DNA of 64,000 nt from Eledone cirrhosa (taxonomy: Eukaryota): assembly GCA_964016885.1 (NCBI GenBank), contig CAXHJY010000126.1:1-64000 (forward strand), read 5' to 3'. The notes below the pieces were generated by a model, which saw only the letters and a program-made list of their open reading frames with translations, ran no database searches and was not told the DNA's origin. The first letter of the stretch is position 1, and the number at the start of each line of letters is the position of its first letter. Shown here piece by piece: positions 1-13,755 of this stretch. Position numbers and translations under genes: made by a program.

Positions 1-353
1 TATCCGTTGCCTTCAGATAATATTTCAGAAACCCCACCCCTTTCTCCATCTCTACTCTTTCTCTGTCTCTTTCCTTCTTTGTTTCTCTACTTGTCACTCT
101 CCACGCAAATTTCTTGCTCCCTGTAGCTTCTCTCTACGTCAGAATAGTCTGCCCTTTCTTGGATTAAAAAAAACTGCGTATGTGTTTATGGCTATATGTG
201 TGCCTATGTATATTTTTCCCATAGATGAATACTTTTTCACATGAACTCACACGGTAAGTATATATATATATATAGGCATATATGGACACATATATGGGCA
301 TATATATATATATACACACACACACACATGAATATATATATATATATGGGTAC

Positions 354-386
<33 letters not shown>

Positions 387-767
387 GAAGCATATATTTG
401 CATATATAAATATATATATATTCATACGTTTATATATATATATATATACATATATATATAAATATATATACAAGCATGGATGTGCATATATATATATATA
501 CACATACATTAGTATAAACATATACAGACGCTCTCACACATATAAACAGACAATTTTAACATATAAAGATAGAATTGTGTATCCCTATACGTGTAGTAGG
601 TGTATGTATGTGCGTAGATGTGTCTATGTGTGTGTGTAGATGTGTCTATGTGTGTGTGTTTCCTCATTCCATTATTTCCATATTGATTCAATGTAACGAA
701 GAATTAATATATTTGTTTTTTATTTCTTATTTTTCACTTAAATATATATAACGACTATAAAACGTAT

Positions 768-770
768 CTA

Positions 771-809
<39 letters not shown>

Positions 810-887
810 GTGTGTGTGTGGGTGTGTGCGTGTATATATATAAATGTGTATGTGTGTATGTGTGTATATATGTGTGTATATGTGCGT

Positions 888-972
<85 letters not shown>

Positions 973-993
973 CTGTGTATATATATATATATA
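768..993. repeat. Compound (TA)n/(TG)n microsatellite
   Basis: Runs directly visible; similar (CA)n/(TA)n at 2111-2213, (TG)n at 10500-10577 and 57368-57464, (TC)n at 62324-62404. Confidence 0.95.
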
Positions 994-2106
994 TGTGTGC
1001 GTGTGTGATGTATTATCAATGTCGGGTGTATGAATATTTCATACAATTTTATATGTAGATACTTTCAAAATGGTGGAAACATATCTAGATATATTTTCTC
1101 TCAAAACTTCTAAATTACACTCAGATTCTCAGATTTTGAACATCATTACTAAGTGGTTTTTGAAAACGTTATGTATTTTCTAGTAATCTGAAAGGCATTT
1201 ATGAGAAAGGAAGTAAAAAAAAAGCCTACTACACAATAACTGTAATAACATAATAGTAATAATAATAATAATAATGATAATAATATGATCATAATAATAA
1301 TAATAATAATAACAACAGCAACACCGAGAAAACAATTACAGAAAAAATTTATACGATCGAAAAATGAAATCATTGTTTCCGAGCTCATTGTCGTTTTTAT
1401 TGATCCGAAAAATATTTCGTTACAAAATTAGAAGAGAAGTTGACAATTTCAGAAGCTCAAAATTACCTATATTTTTATGTCACTCTGCAAGTCATTTCCG
1501 ATTAACCATTTCTTTCACCCACGCTGCCACTCCTTTTAACTTTTATTCTTTCTTCGAGAGAGCCAGCCAATTGCTTCCCCTTCACCCTCTTTTTCTCTGC
1601 TGTTCTACTCTTTCATCAGTTTCTCTAAATTGTCTTCAGTGAATTCTACAAAAACACTTGAGTTTATAGCGAGATTACTTAAATTGGTCGAAAATGGTGT
1701 AGAATTTCCACGGATCTCCATTCATATTCTGTGTTAAGACTATCTAATCTCAGTAGATGAACTATTAAAGAGAAAATGAGAAACTAGAAAAATCGGTTTT
1801 TCATAAAAAAAAGTAATAATAAATTATAAAAGAAATAAATAAACAAATGTGATCTTGAATGAATTTTTCTTAACAATTACATTTTTACCAGTATGATTCT
1901 GTTTTATTTCGCTGTATGTATTCTGGTTATTTCATTAATGCTAATTTCGTTCAGAGCACACCGGATTTTAAGACCTTAGGCAAATAACTCCATTAAAGTT
2001 TCGAGAGATTGAGTTTAACGATACATACGAATGTATATATGCATTTAAGTATATATTCACATATAAATGTAGAAACACAAACACACCCGCACCTAACCTC
2101 ACATAT

Positions 2107-2217
<111 letters not shown>

Positions 2218-3029
2218 GAGAGGGGTTAAATGTTTGCATTGCATTTTCAATACTATACCTTCTTAATCTGAGTCTGTTTCAGTGATCAAATTTATAAGTT
2301 ATACCTGGGATTGAAATCACAATAATATATGACAAATCCTATTAGAATTCCATCTTCGATTATGATGAAAGTTATTTATTTTTTCGACAAATATTTATTA
2401 TTCAAAATTATAAAAACCTCATAGTAGTATTACCTACGATTTTTTTTTTATTAAATATGGTCACTAACGGGTTAAGATAAGTAAGTAAATATGTAAGTAA
2501 GCCGAGGCAGTTATAGCAACGTAGCATGAGAACTGTGCTACTGAAAGTTGGGAAAGGAACAAAGAATCATCAAATAATATTTTCTTTTAGAATCGGCAAG
2601 AAGTCCTATTGAGGCTTTTTCTCGACTCTGTTAATAACATTATTCTTTTGACAGGAAAATGAAGTTATAGAATAATCTGTGATATTGTTCCAGAAACAAT
2701 GATGCTATACAAATCAATAATGTTCTGTAGAGTTGCGGGATAAATATGACCTGCAAGAGAAACAACCACTGCTGATCTGAAAACTAAACTAGAAAAAATA
2801 TTCCTGTAGTTGTGTACTAATTATCTCATGTATAAATCGATGAAACATAGTGCAGTAACTCTGTAGGGCATGTTCTTCTTATACGTAACCGACTTGTTGT
2901 TGCTCTTGTTATGGCACTAGTCTGCTATAGTTAGGCAGAACTATAATCAAAAGCGTTCCATCCATGACAAGTCTGTTTCTTTTTCTTCCAATCATATTTT
3001 TTCGAGAAATAGTAAAAAACTTGTCGACT

Positions 3030-3850
3030 CTTCTGTTCATAATCTTCATGAACAGGATTGACATGTGCAGCCGAGTCTGAATCAGCATCAGAGTTGTCGG
3101 ATGTAGGATCAGTCGGCTGGAATTTTTAGACGGTCTGGTACTACTTAACTTCCCAGAAGGTTATCTCCAATATGTACTTGATAGGGTTGCTGCTAGGTAC
3201 TGCACGGCAGGAAGTAAAATCAGTGTTACGAAAACTAAGATATCCGTCCTCTCAAAGATGCAGTGCATGTTACATCTGAGTGGAGTTCCTCTGAAGCTGT
3301 CAGAGAAATTCAAGTATCTTGGGGCCGTTTACACGAGTAATGGAAGGCAGGAGCTGAAATAAATGCAAGAATTACTGAAGCTGATGTAGTAATGTGCCAG
3401 AAGAAGGGAGATAAGTGTAAAAGCCATACTATCTAACTAAATTCAGTATTCCTGCCAACCCTTATCTATGGTCATGAATCTTGGTCAATGACCGAAAAAA
3501 TAAGATCGTAAATACAAGCGGCCGAGTTCCTCCGAAGAGTTTTTGGAGTAATATTACATTCCGTAGCTCAGATATCAGAGAACCGTTACAGGTAGAGCAG
3601 CTAATTCTCTAAATTGAGAGGTCACACCTCCGATACTACGGACATGGGGTTAGAATGTCTCAGGAAAGAATTGTTGGACGGATTTTACGGTCAAAACCAA
3701 CCAGCAAGAGACCCAAACAGAACAAAATGGTTGCATAATATTCACGAGTTCAGCTGGTCTCATTTAGGGTTCCAGCCGGATTCAATGGTGACAGGACCTG
3801 TTTGAATGCGTGCTTGAGAACTCTTCCCCCTAGAACCTCACATGAATAAG
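3030..3850 (+). mobile_element. Decayed RTE-clade LINE, 3' part of RT region
   Basis: Frameshifted motifs by manual translation: LFIIFMNRI, KFKYLG, LIYGHESW, IQAAE-FLRR, RYYGHGVRM. Confidence 0.75.
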
Positions 3851-4001
3851 TAAGCAAAGAAATAGAAAATGATGTGATTCTGAATACAGGCACACTACGC
3901 AAAATCTGGGCAAGTGTCTTCTTCTAGAACTTCGGGTTAACTAATGCCAAGTGAGTGGAATTTGGTTGACGGATTCTGTAGAAGCCGTCACCCCTCATAT
4001 A

Positions 4002-4040
<39 letters not shown>

Positions 4041-4046
<6 letters not shown>

Positions 4047-4329
4047 GTGAGGTTTTTTTTACAAATTGAAAAATAACCGAGGTGTCCTACACGAGTGAAA
4101 GTATAAAGAAAAAGAGATGAAATCGAAAATGCAACTGGAGTCTTATTTTTTTTTTAAATATATATTTTTATTTGGTTCCTTTACCGGTTTCGCAGTTCTT
4201 CTGCTTTTCAAAAGGTGAGTTGAAAAGCAGAAGAACTGCGAAACCGGTAAAGGAACCAAATAAATATATATATTTTTTAAAAAAATAAGACTCCAGTTGC
4301 ATTTTCGATTTCATCTCTTTTTCTTTATA
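4041..4329. mobile_element. (TA)n-flanked fold-back non-coding PLE-type insert, HHR family A
   Basis: Near-perfect inverted arms 4102-4211 and 4220-4329, unique tail 4041-4101, (TA)n on both sides. Confidence 0.8.
4178..4215 (-). ncRNA. Minimal type-I hammerhead ribozyme, U3-A8 core variant
   Basis: Minus strand: cctt TTGAAAA gcag-aagaa-ctgc GAAA ccgg TA aagg. Stem I cctt/aagg, stem II gcag/ctgc, palindromic stem III ACCGGT. Confidence 0.7.
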
Positions 4330-4342
4330 TATATATATATAT

Positions 4343-4521
4343 AATTGTTTCTACTTTTGGCACAAGGCCAGCAATTACCCAGTGCATTACTGGTACTTTA
4401 TTTTATCGACCCCGTAAGGATGAAAGGCAAAGTTAACCTCGGCGAGATTTGAACTCAGAATGGCAAGGACCGTAACTATGCGTCAAAGCATGGCGTCCGA
4501 CTCTCTACCGATACTGCCAAT
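4343..4521 (-). mobile_element. tRNA-derived SINE with Meta-type central domain
   Basis: Reverse complement has A-box-like TGGCAGTATCGG, B box GAGTTCAAATC and GCCTTTCATCCTTACGGGGTCGATAAAATAAAGTACCAG; many copies in window. Confidence 0.85.
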
Positions 4522-7145
4522 ATTTTGTATAATCTTCAGCTTGTGCCCACTATTGATAATACAAAATGGATGAGAGATAATCTCTTGGATAAAACATTAA
4601 TCTACCACATTAAGATTTTCCCACAAGAACAGTTGAACCTGACACTCACGTCAACGAATCATTCGTAAAATTATCAGTACTGACGTTTATTTAAATAGTT
4701 TGGGCCATTTACATATTGTTTCCTGGCCACATACAAAACATAGGAAAGGATATGAAACCACCTACCTCTTAACTAGATAACCATTATCTTCCCTATCACC
4801 CCATTTTCAAATTTATTTAAAATTTCAATCTTTTTCAGACCACTGTTAGCAAATGATTAGTGTTTTCATTAGCTCTTTAAATATTTGTCATTTTGCAATC
4901 TGACTTTCACAACCACAGAAGTAATAATCTCTTTCTATGTATTGTGTACATATAATGTACACAATACTTTAGTTTATATTTAGATAATAATAATGTCGGT
5001 ATCAGAGAGCTATCCGATAAAACCTACTGTCATGCTTCCGGTGAATATGACGAGAACGAAACATATTTTCTTACCTGATTTCGAGATGCCATTCTAATCC
5101 TGAATTTCAAAGATATTCTACATAACATAGGTTGGATATCACAGCCCAGTAAACTTTATTAATATTAGAGTGTGCATGTTACCTGTCACAGGAAATGGGA
5201 CCATGTCGTTGTTTCTTTTCAGTTAAATAACAACTGAATCAAAGAAGACTATTCTATTTTTCAAACGTGAAGTTCCATTGATCAATAGTTTTAACAATAT
5301 ATCATATAAGCCAATCAACTCGAAAACTACATAGCCTTAATGTAACCAAAATAACTCCATTTACAATTCAAGATACAAATAATTTATTGAGCATGCAATG
5401 CAATAAATCCCCAAATATCCATTTAGTTGCATATTTCACTAGCAATTTGCATTAATAAGAACAGTGTGTGAAAATACTAAAGAGAAAACAACCAAAAAAC
5501 TCTATATCAGTAATAGTAATAAAAGATATAGTAATGATTATTGTTTTACATTTATTGCTGTTTGAACATACTATTGATTTGCGTTGAATGTTGCATGAGT
5601 GAATTTATTGTGGCGCACCACAAAAGGTTCTATATTTAGGACACGGAAAATTAGATGAGTTGAAATTCCTGCTTTTCTCAGAAGATTTAAAATTGTAAAT
5701 GAAACAAAATCTCTTCTTCTGGAGATTGAGATGTTGTACTCCAAATCTTATTTCTACTGTACCGTACTCACCGCTCGAAACGTAAAAAGATATGGAAAAA
5801 TAGAAGTCTAAACTCTACATAAACAATTCAAATTGACATACTTTGAAAGAACTCATTTTAATAGTTTACAGTTGATATTCTAGTGAATTCTGTCACTTAT
5901 AACGAATCTCTTATTAAACAGGCAAGAGTATAATTAATCTTAACGGGCTATACATGAACTAATATATAAAGAACTGATAAGAAACTACCTTGAGCATCAT
6001 TTAAAATAGGGATTGGAACTTATAACTTCATCTATTAATCTTTATTTCTCCATTTTATTTTGTTTAGTTGTTATATGTTACCACAAAGTAAGCATGTCTA
6101 CTATTAAAATAGAATCAATCAGCTACTAGTGTTATCTTTGTATACCATGTCTCACCCTCAACTTTCACACAAAATTATCAGTTATTGACATTCCTGCTTC
6201 TCAACATGTTTCCATACTCTCATTTGACGATAATCAACCCACACTATTCTCTTCCTTTTTATGATTATGATCATCACCTGTTGATGACCAGAATCAACCA
6301 AATGGGTTTCTTTTGTTCTTCCTCATACTTGGATTATAACAGCTACGGGCTTAACTCTCTTTCATAAAGATGACTTACTAACTTAATTAGTTAAATTCAA
6401 ATTCATCTAAGGTTCTGTATAATAAATATTTTGTCTTTAATGTTTCCATATTAATTGTTATAAGTTAATAATTAGATAACCTCCATAAAACCATTACAAT
6501 TCAAATAGTCATTAACTCTTTGATCTTATACGGCTTCCGCTGTAGCTCTCATTTCAAATATGGAGATCATTCTCCACTGCCGCACAAAGTTGCGGTAATT
6601 GACAAGGGGCTCTACTGAAAGTTAAAAATGATCAAAGATTTCTGCATATTTGACATTATCAAAATACCCTGATAGTAAACCAAGTGCAAACACTAGTTCA
6701 GTATCATCGCTACTATTTGTTACATATTATACATCTAATGTAAAAGGTCTCTAGTGTCATCGAATTAGAACACTGAAGCAAGTAATCATGAATAAATGCT
6801 TGTAATTTTCTCTACTATTCAAAATGACGGTACTAGAAGTACATAAAACTGCATTTGCAGACGACTGGAGAACTTACTAGTCGAAACGTAATTCTGTTAC
6901 AGTGAAATCTACAGAGGATATATATATATTAATTGCCAAGAAATATATAAAGGTATCTGTTTCTTCCTTATATTGATTGTCATCTCTCTTGCCGCTAATC
7001 ATTAAGTGAATATTGTCGAATGAGGCTATGGAAGAAAACAGCCACCACGATGGATCACAATGGACATTAGCTATTGCTTTCTCTCCCAGAGAAATGTCTC
7101 TTTATAGTATACTGTCAAACTAATATTAACAAGAATAACAAGAAT

Positions 7146-7343
7146 AATTGTTTCTATTTTAGGCACAAAGCCAGCAATTAAATAAACTCCAGTGCATTAC
7201 TGGTGCTTTATTTTATTGAACCCGTATGAATGAAAAGCAAAGCTAACCTCAGTGGAATTTGAAATCAGAACGTAAATGGCTGTAACTCTATGTCGCGAAG
7301 CATGGTGTCCGACGCTCTACCGATACTGCCAATCCACCGCCCA
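7146..7343 (-). mobile_element. Meta-type SINE copy
   Basis: Homologous to 4343-4521 over its length. Confidence 0.8.
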
Positions 7344-7446
7344 ATAATTATAATAATAATGACAGGACTAGGAAAACACTTGGCAAGAAAAGGAAATAAA
7401 ACTGACGGAATAGGAAAAATATGAACAATAATGATAATAATATATA

Positions 7447-7534
7447 TTTATTTGCCACAAGGGCGCAGAATGACGGGGATATTACAAGAGCATGTTACAT
7501 AGTGTGGGGTTATAGGGAAATCGGATTAATTAAA

Positions 7535-7578
<44 letters not shown>

Positions 7579-7975
7579 TACATGATGAAACAGTCCTGAT
7601 ACAAGGAAGTTTCCAGACGGCTACCCTTTCTCCCATACATTTTTTTCTGACAAACATTCTTGCTCTGTTTGCTAACACACTCCTAACGTTTCGCCACAGA
7701 CACTCATCTTTTAAAGACATCCCTCTCTACCTTTACCAAGTGTAACTTTAAAAGGCCGATGAGAACTTGACCGAGCAGAAAAATGTCTGCACTCAATCCT
7801 CTCAACTACATCGACCACATGACATCTTTCGCCATAGCCACCAACCAGAAGAAAACTGTTTGTTTATCCCTGATGAAGGATAGAGGTTGGTAACCTTGAC
7901 GATGGATTCACTCGATAATCGGATCCATTCAACGCACGTAAGAAGCTCTTCAGGCACAATGATACATTTCATCGT
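7447..7975 (-). mobile_element. Decayed 3' fragment of a Tx1-like LINE related to 32007-35162
   Basis: Minus-strand WIRLSSESIV..FFWLVAMAKDVMW..LRGL matches [27 protein letters not shown]; 3' end gcccttgtggcaaataaa matches gccctagtggcaaataaa. Confidence 0.8.
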
Positions 7976-9107
7976 TGGACAATGTTGATGAAATGTTTTA
8001 TGTTTGAATTTAATTCTAGTACGATTATGATGAATATTTCAGTTAGTATGCAGAGTTTGCTTAACCAGCCGAAATTCTGTTCATTTGTTCAGCTTTTTCT
8101 AACATTAGTTAGAATATGATTGCATAATTATAGCTAACGTAGAAAAATAGAAAGAAAATACATCCTTCGTGAAAATAGCTTTGATTCATGAGAATCACTC
8201 TGTTATGTATTTTGACAGTCGGAACAGGTAAACATACACTGAAAGCTGTTATCTACGAAAATGAAACGATCAGTTTAAGAAAATTTTCACTTGAGCTGGC
8301 ATTGAGTTTAACTTATTTTGCATTAACTGATTTCTTTCTTCGCATTTCGTTAAACTCAAAATTTGGATATCATACAGAACAAATGAGCAAAGTGAAAATA
8401 AAGCCCGTTGGTTTTAAAAAGCAAAAGAAAATAAATTTCAGAAGGACCTGAAGGACCTAATAATATTCCATTAATATAAAAATAAGGACATTTCATATTG
8501 GTAATATAATTTTCATTTCATATTGGTAATATAATTACAAATTTTAGCTTACAAGTTACTGGAATGGTGATCTCATATCACATTCTTACTGCTGAATGAT
8601 ATGTTAAATTTTATTTTGACAATTATATACTCTTTTTTTACGTACAAATAAAAACTGCCCTTGTGATAATACTTTTATTTAAGCAATTCTTTTTTGGAAT
8701 ACAAAGATGGTTAAGCAAAACTTCAGAATGTCATACATTTGACACAGGCATAGTTGTGTGTTTAGAGTGGGCACGTTGCCATCGTAAGGTACTGAGTTTG
8801 ATTGGGCAAGTATCGTTTACTATAGCCTTGGACAGACCCAATCGTTGTAATTGAAATTAGATACGATGATTTGTTCTAACTTTCATGAGGTATATTTAAC
8901 TGTCGTCAAATTTAACTACCGAGCCGCAAAGAAATAATTAATTTGTTTAAAATTATATAGTAGATAGATTGAATATTAGTTTTTAATTTTAAAAGATTTA
9001 CATGCGAGTCAAAAGATTATACACGTTTTCTTCCATTTAATAAATTGTTCTCTTTATTATTGCTCTCTTTATCAAAATGATCTTAAATTACACCTATGTG
9101 AAAATAC

Positions 9108-9172
9108 CGATCCACGGAAACATGGTCCGGCATGAAGCCGGTCCGTGGTATAAAAGAATTTGGAGACCACTG
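9108..9172. mobile_element. Right-end remnant of a hAT/Charlie-like DNA transposon
   Basis: ccggtccgtggtataaaagaatttggagaccactg followed by ctctaaa; left end not recognised. Confidence 0.4.
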
Positions 9173-10495
9173 CTCTAAAAGGCATTACGAAATAGTCACG
9201 AGCTCCTCCCGTTCTCTACTGACTAAGTTATAAAAACAAAACAAAGAGTATGAACTTTATAAACTAGAATACTGAGAACGTTGGGCGGAAAATTGGCAGA
9301 TTTAGATTAAATTAAATACTGTATTGCTTCTGGCTTTCTGCGATCTAATTCAAATGCTACCCAGCTCAATTTTGTCTTTCGTCGTTCGGGATTGATAAAT
9401 GAAGTACCAGTCCAGGGTGTTGAATTGATTGGAATGTTAGATTGTCGGACAGGAGGCCATGCAAGAGATATTCCAGTTCTGTGCCTTCTGAGTACAAATC
9501 CCGCCTCATGTTATCGTACATAGAGGCCCCAGTCCTAACACGTTCCTATGAAATATAACCACATAGAGAGCTGATTATACTTACACACGCGTAAGCTGTA
9601 GCAACAACAACTACAACATGAAACATTTAACATGCTTGCTTGATATTATATTTTATGTTTCACCTACATTATATCAATATATATTTCCCTTTCTCTAATT
9701 TGATGACCTATGAATTTCCACAACGAATTTCCATTTTAGCTAGACCATTGAGAATTTCCGTTTTCATTTTCTTTTCTTTCTTGTTTATCATTGCTGTTAT
9801 TGAGATGCGCTAATTAGAGACACACTGTCATATATTGCCTCTTCTTCAGGACAAAATAAATTACCTTTCCCTCTTCTTTTTTTTCTTTTCATTTTCCTTT
9901 TCTTTCTTTTTTTGTGCTTTTGTTTCGTTTTGTTAGAAAACAACACGCTATACAGCAAAGAGTTGGAACACAATAAATTGCTAAATGTACCTTATAGTTC
10001 TCACTTGGTATTTTATCGTTGCTGTCTAACTGAAAAGCATATATTCATATGTTAATATTTCATCACAGCCAAACTTCTTAGCGTCAAATTATTCATTAAA
10101 TCTGGGAGATTCGTCGAATCTTGTTTTACTGATTAACTGTTGAAAATTTGTTGCAACGTTTCCGCTTTAGCAAGCTTATTCTCTCACTTGCTAATTGAGC
10201 CACGAAACTAAGTTACTGAACTAATTGAAGCCTCTTCTTTGTTCATTATTACACTCATATCCTTTTGGCTCTAACAAATAAAATCTCCTTCACACGCGCA
10301 TATATTGTTTTCTGTGTATTTATACAATTATATATATATATATATACACACATATATATATATATGTGTGTGTGTGTGTGGAGGGGATATGGAAAGAGAG
10401 AGAGAGTGAGTGTATGTACGTATGTATATATATATATATATATGTTTGTGTGTGTGTGTGGAGGGGATAGGGAAAGAGAGAGAGAGTGAGTGTAT

Positions 10496-10586
<91 letters not shown>

Positions 10587-11272
10587 CGCATTGGCCTCTG
10601 TTTTATTTGTTTCTGTGTCTATCTGCGTGCGTGTTTTTGTGCTAGGTTGTAATTATCCATATGAAGATGCTACAAATGAAAACGTGTTGAGTATAGAGTT
10701 CACAGCAAACATTGAAGCGAAAAATATCTTTACTTTTATATCATTCCTTTTTATTGAAACTTTCGCCGACATTTTATGGTCATTTCTTTTATTTCTTCGC
10801 CATGAGTTGATATATCGATATTGGGAGGAAAATATAAAGCAAAGTCATTTGTGAGTCTCTCTTTTCAAGAATTTATTTTTCAAAATAGACGATTCCTGCA
10901 ACTTTTGATTTGATTATTTTACCTGACAGTTTCTACATGCCATCCTTTCTAGAATTCAAGAAATAAGTACCAATGGAGTACTGGAGTATATTTAATCATC
11001 TTTACTTTGTAACTACTATATATCATTATAAGTTATTTAAAAGGTATTGGTGGTTGAAGTGAATAAGCGAGAGTCCAAAATATATGATAGTGCAGTACCT
11101 ATATGAACACAACCACAAGGATATGGTCCGAACGTGAAAGAGCCGAACTCCCACTGTCATCGCCTCCATCTCTCTCGCCCCTCGCCCCCCTCCAATCTCT
11201 AGGTATGGTGAGCAAATGGGGTTCCACGTGCTGGCCTCCCCACAGCCCCGGCAGATAGAATGTAGAAGCACA

Positions 11273-11395
11273 CACAAGGCCAACAATTTTACTGATACTT
11301 CCTTTTATCGACCCCGTAAGGATGAAAGGCATAGCTAACCTCTGCAGGATTTGAACTCAGAACGCAAAAGGCCGTAACTCTATGCTACACAAATA
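11273..11395 (-). mobile_element. Partial Meta-type SINE
   Basis: ttttatcgaccccgtaaggatgaaaggc...gatttgaactcagaacg; other partial copies at ~11673-11782(+), 12565-12690(-), 16080-16240(+). Confidence 0.7.
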
Positions 11396-13245
11396 TCATA
11401 CCAAGTACTTGACGGGTAATTATTTTATTAACCACGGAAGGATGAAAGTGACGTTGCAGGAATTAAACTTTGAATGTTAAGATACGTGACTGCTTAACTC
11501 AATTTATATGATTCGGCGTCCTATTATTTCCACCTACATACCACACTCCTTTATGTACTTAATGAGTGTATTGAAATAAATACCAGTAACACACTGCAGT
11601 CAATTTAATGGACTTTTCCTTCTCTCAAAATGTTTGGCCTTGTGCCTGAATCAGAAACCATTATTGTTACAAGGGCAGTGGATTGGCGATATCGGTAAAA
11701 CATCGGACAGCATGCTCTACGGCGTAGAGTTATGGCCATTTACGTTCTGATTTCGCCGAAATTAGATTTGCCTTTCATCCTGAGATTGCTAGTTCGATTC
11801 CCGGACCGGGCCATGTGTTATGTCTTTGAGCAAGACACTTTATTTCACGTTGCTCTATCTCTGCCAGAAGTTACGACCGCTACATAGTATCAGCAATGGA
11901 AAGACCAATGGAAACATAATTTCTTTGGTTGATTTGACGAGTCCCACCCCATACGGTAAGTGGATAAGATCTGGGATATTATCGATCGTTTCCGAAAGAA
12001 AAAGGAGTTTATTTTCTATACCTAGAGTATACAGGCTTCCTTATTATCTCGCGTTGAAAACTAAAATCAGTACGTGGACGAATGAAAGTACGTAAATATT
12101 GCCAGGAGTTAAAAGCCGACTCCCTATCATTGCTAGCAAAGACTAATCAGGAATTTAACAAATGCGCATCTTCCGAGACAAGAACTGATAGTATGTTATG
12201 TTGTATATATTTTGTCTTGTTGATTTATAGATTTTAACAGTCAACTAAACGTCCGTTCTTTATCCGAAAAGATATGTACTGCGTTCATTAATATACTGAT
12301 ATATTCATAACACGAATACAACTTGTATTGCTTACTATATATTGGTGGGTATATTCACATGTCTATCCACGAAGATATAGACGTCAATCTCTAAAGATTT
12401 GCATACATCTGTATAAATCTTGTGTACCTATATCAGAGATCAGACTTAGTTTGACAATACATTGCTTCTCAAATCACAAATTTAATCTTTGCTTTGACAA
12501 AGGTATTTCAAAAACAAACTGGTTGAAAACGTTGCTGTCATATTTCGTATGAAATTTAATAATAATAAGGATTTCTGATTTAGGAGCAAGGCCAACAATT
12601 TTGGGGTGGAAAAAGTCGATTATATCGACCCAGTACGTTACTGGTGCTTTACTTTATCGACCCCGTAAAGATGAAAGGTAAAGCTGGCGTAATTATTAAC
12701 GCAGTAATATGTTTTACGGCAGATGAGGAATACATTCTCATTATGTCTGTCTGTGTGTGTGTAATATATTTATGTGCAACTTATTTTTTTTCTTACAAAC
12801 CTTTCAACCCCCTTAACCTTAATACCCAACACCTCTTCCTATAATCTGCTCTGTCATATATTTTCTATTACACACTAAACATTCTCCCTTTATCCTGTCG
12901 CAAACTCGTTAATACATTCACGCTTACATACAAATCAGTTAGATTATTTACACGTACACAATATGAACTCCAACATATATACACACGTTTACATTTAATC
13001 ATACACTCACACATACAAATCCACACATCTCACGGTCATACGCTAACACTGCCAGATACTTTACACACACACACACAACATAACTTCAACGCATATATAA
13101 TGTACACTCATTTCCAACTTATATTCACTCACACATACTAGTCCACTACTACATACCACAAGAATATATGCATAACACACTAACTTTGCTACTTTACCTT
13201 AAAAAAACACACACACACACCTTTAAACATACACATACTCACACA

Positions 13246-13755
13246 AGGGCCTTGTTTCAGGGAGGTACCAGGTGACAAGTCCCCCCCCCCCCACACACAC
13301 ACACACACACTTTTTCAAACGTCTATGTTTTATTTTTTGTTTATTTGATATAATAAATTCTTTTTAAGCTTATTTTTTTATATCTGAACTTCACTTGAAT
13401 ATATAAAATTTAATTAGCGTAAAATGTTACTTATGTGATAACGTTTTATTTATTCGACAAATTTCAATTCGGTTATATAATGTTTGCAATAAGAAAAAGA
13501 TAAAGAAGGAGGGGGAAAAAATTAAATAACGAAAGTAAGGAAAAGGTTTAAGGGAAGGGAGAAAGGCAATGTCTAAATAAAAGAAGAGGAAAAAAAACTG
13601 TGTGGAAACTTAAGAATGAATATCAAACAGTACTAAAATAAAACAAACAAACAAATGAGATAGGGTCCGGCAATTTATGCTCCTTTAAGAATCAACAGAT
13701 GTTGGTTTGTTCCCCTCCCCATATACACACATTTTTAAGGCAAACGAGGCCCCTG
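13246..13755. mobile_element. hAT-type MITE (~510 bp)
   Basis: TIRs agggccttgttt / aaacgaggcccctg; identical 8-bp TSD ctcacaca at 13238-13245 and 13756-13763. Confidence 0.7.
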
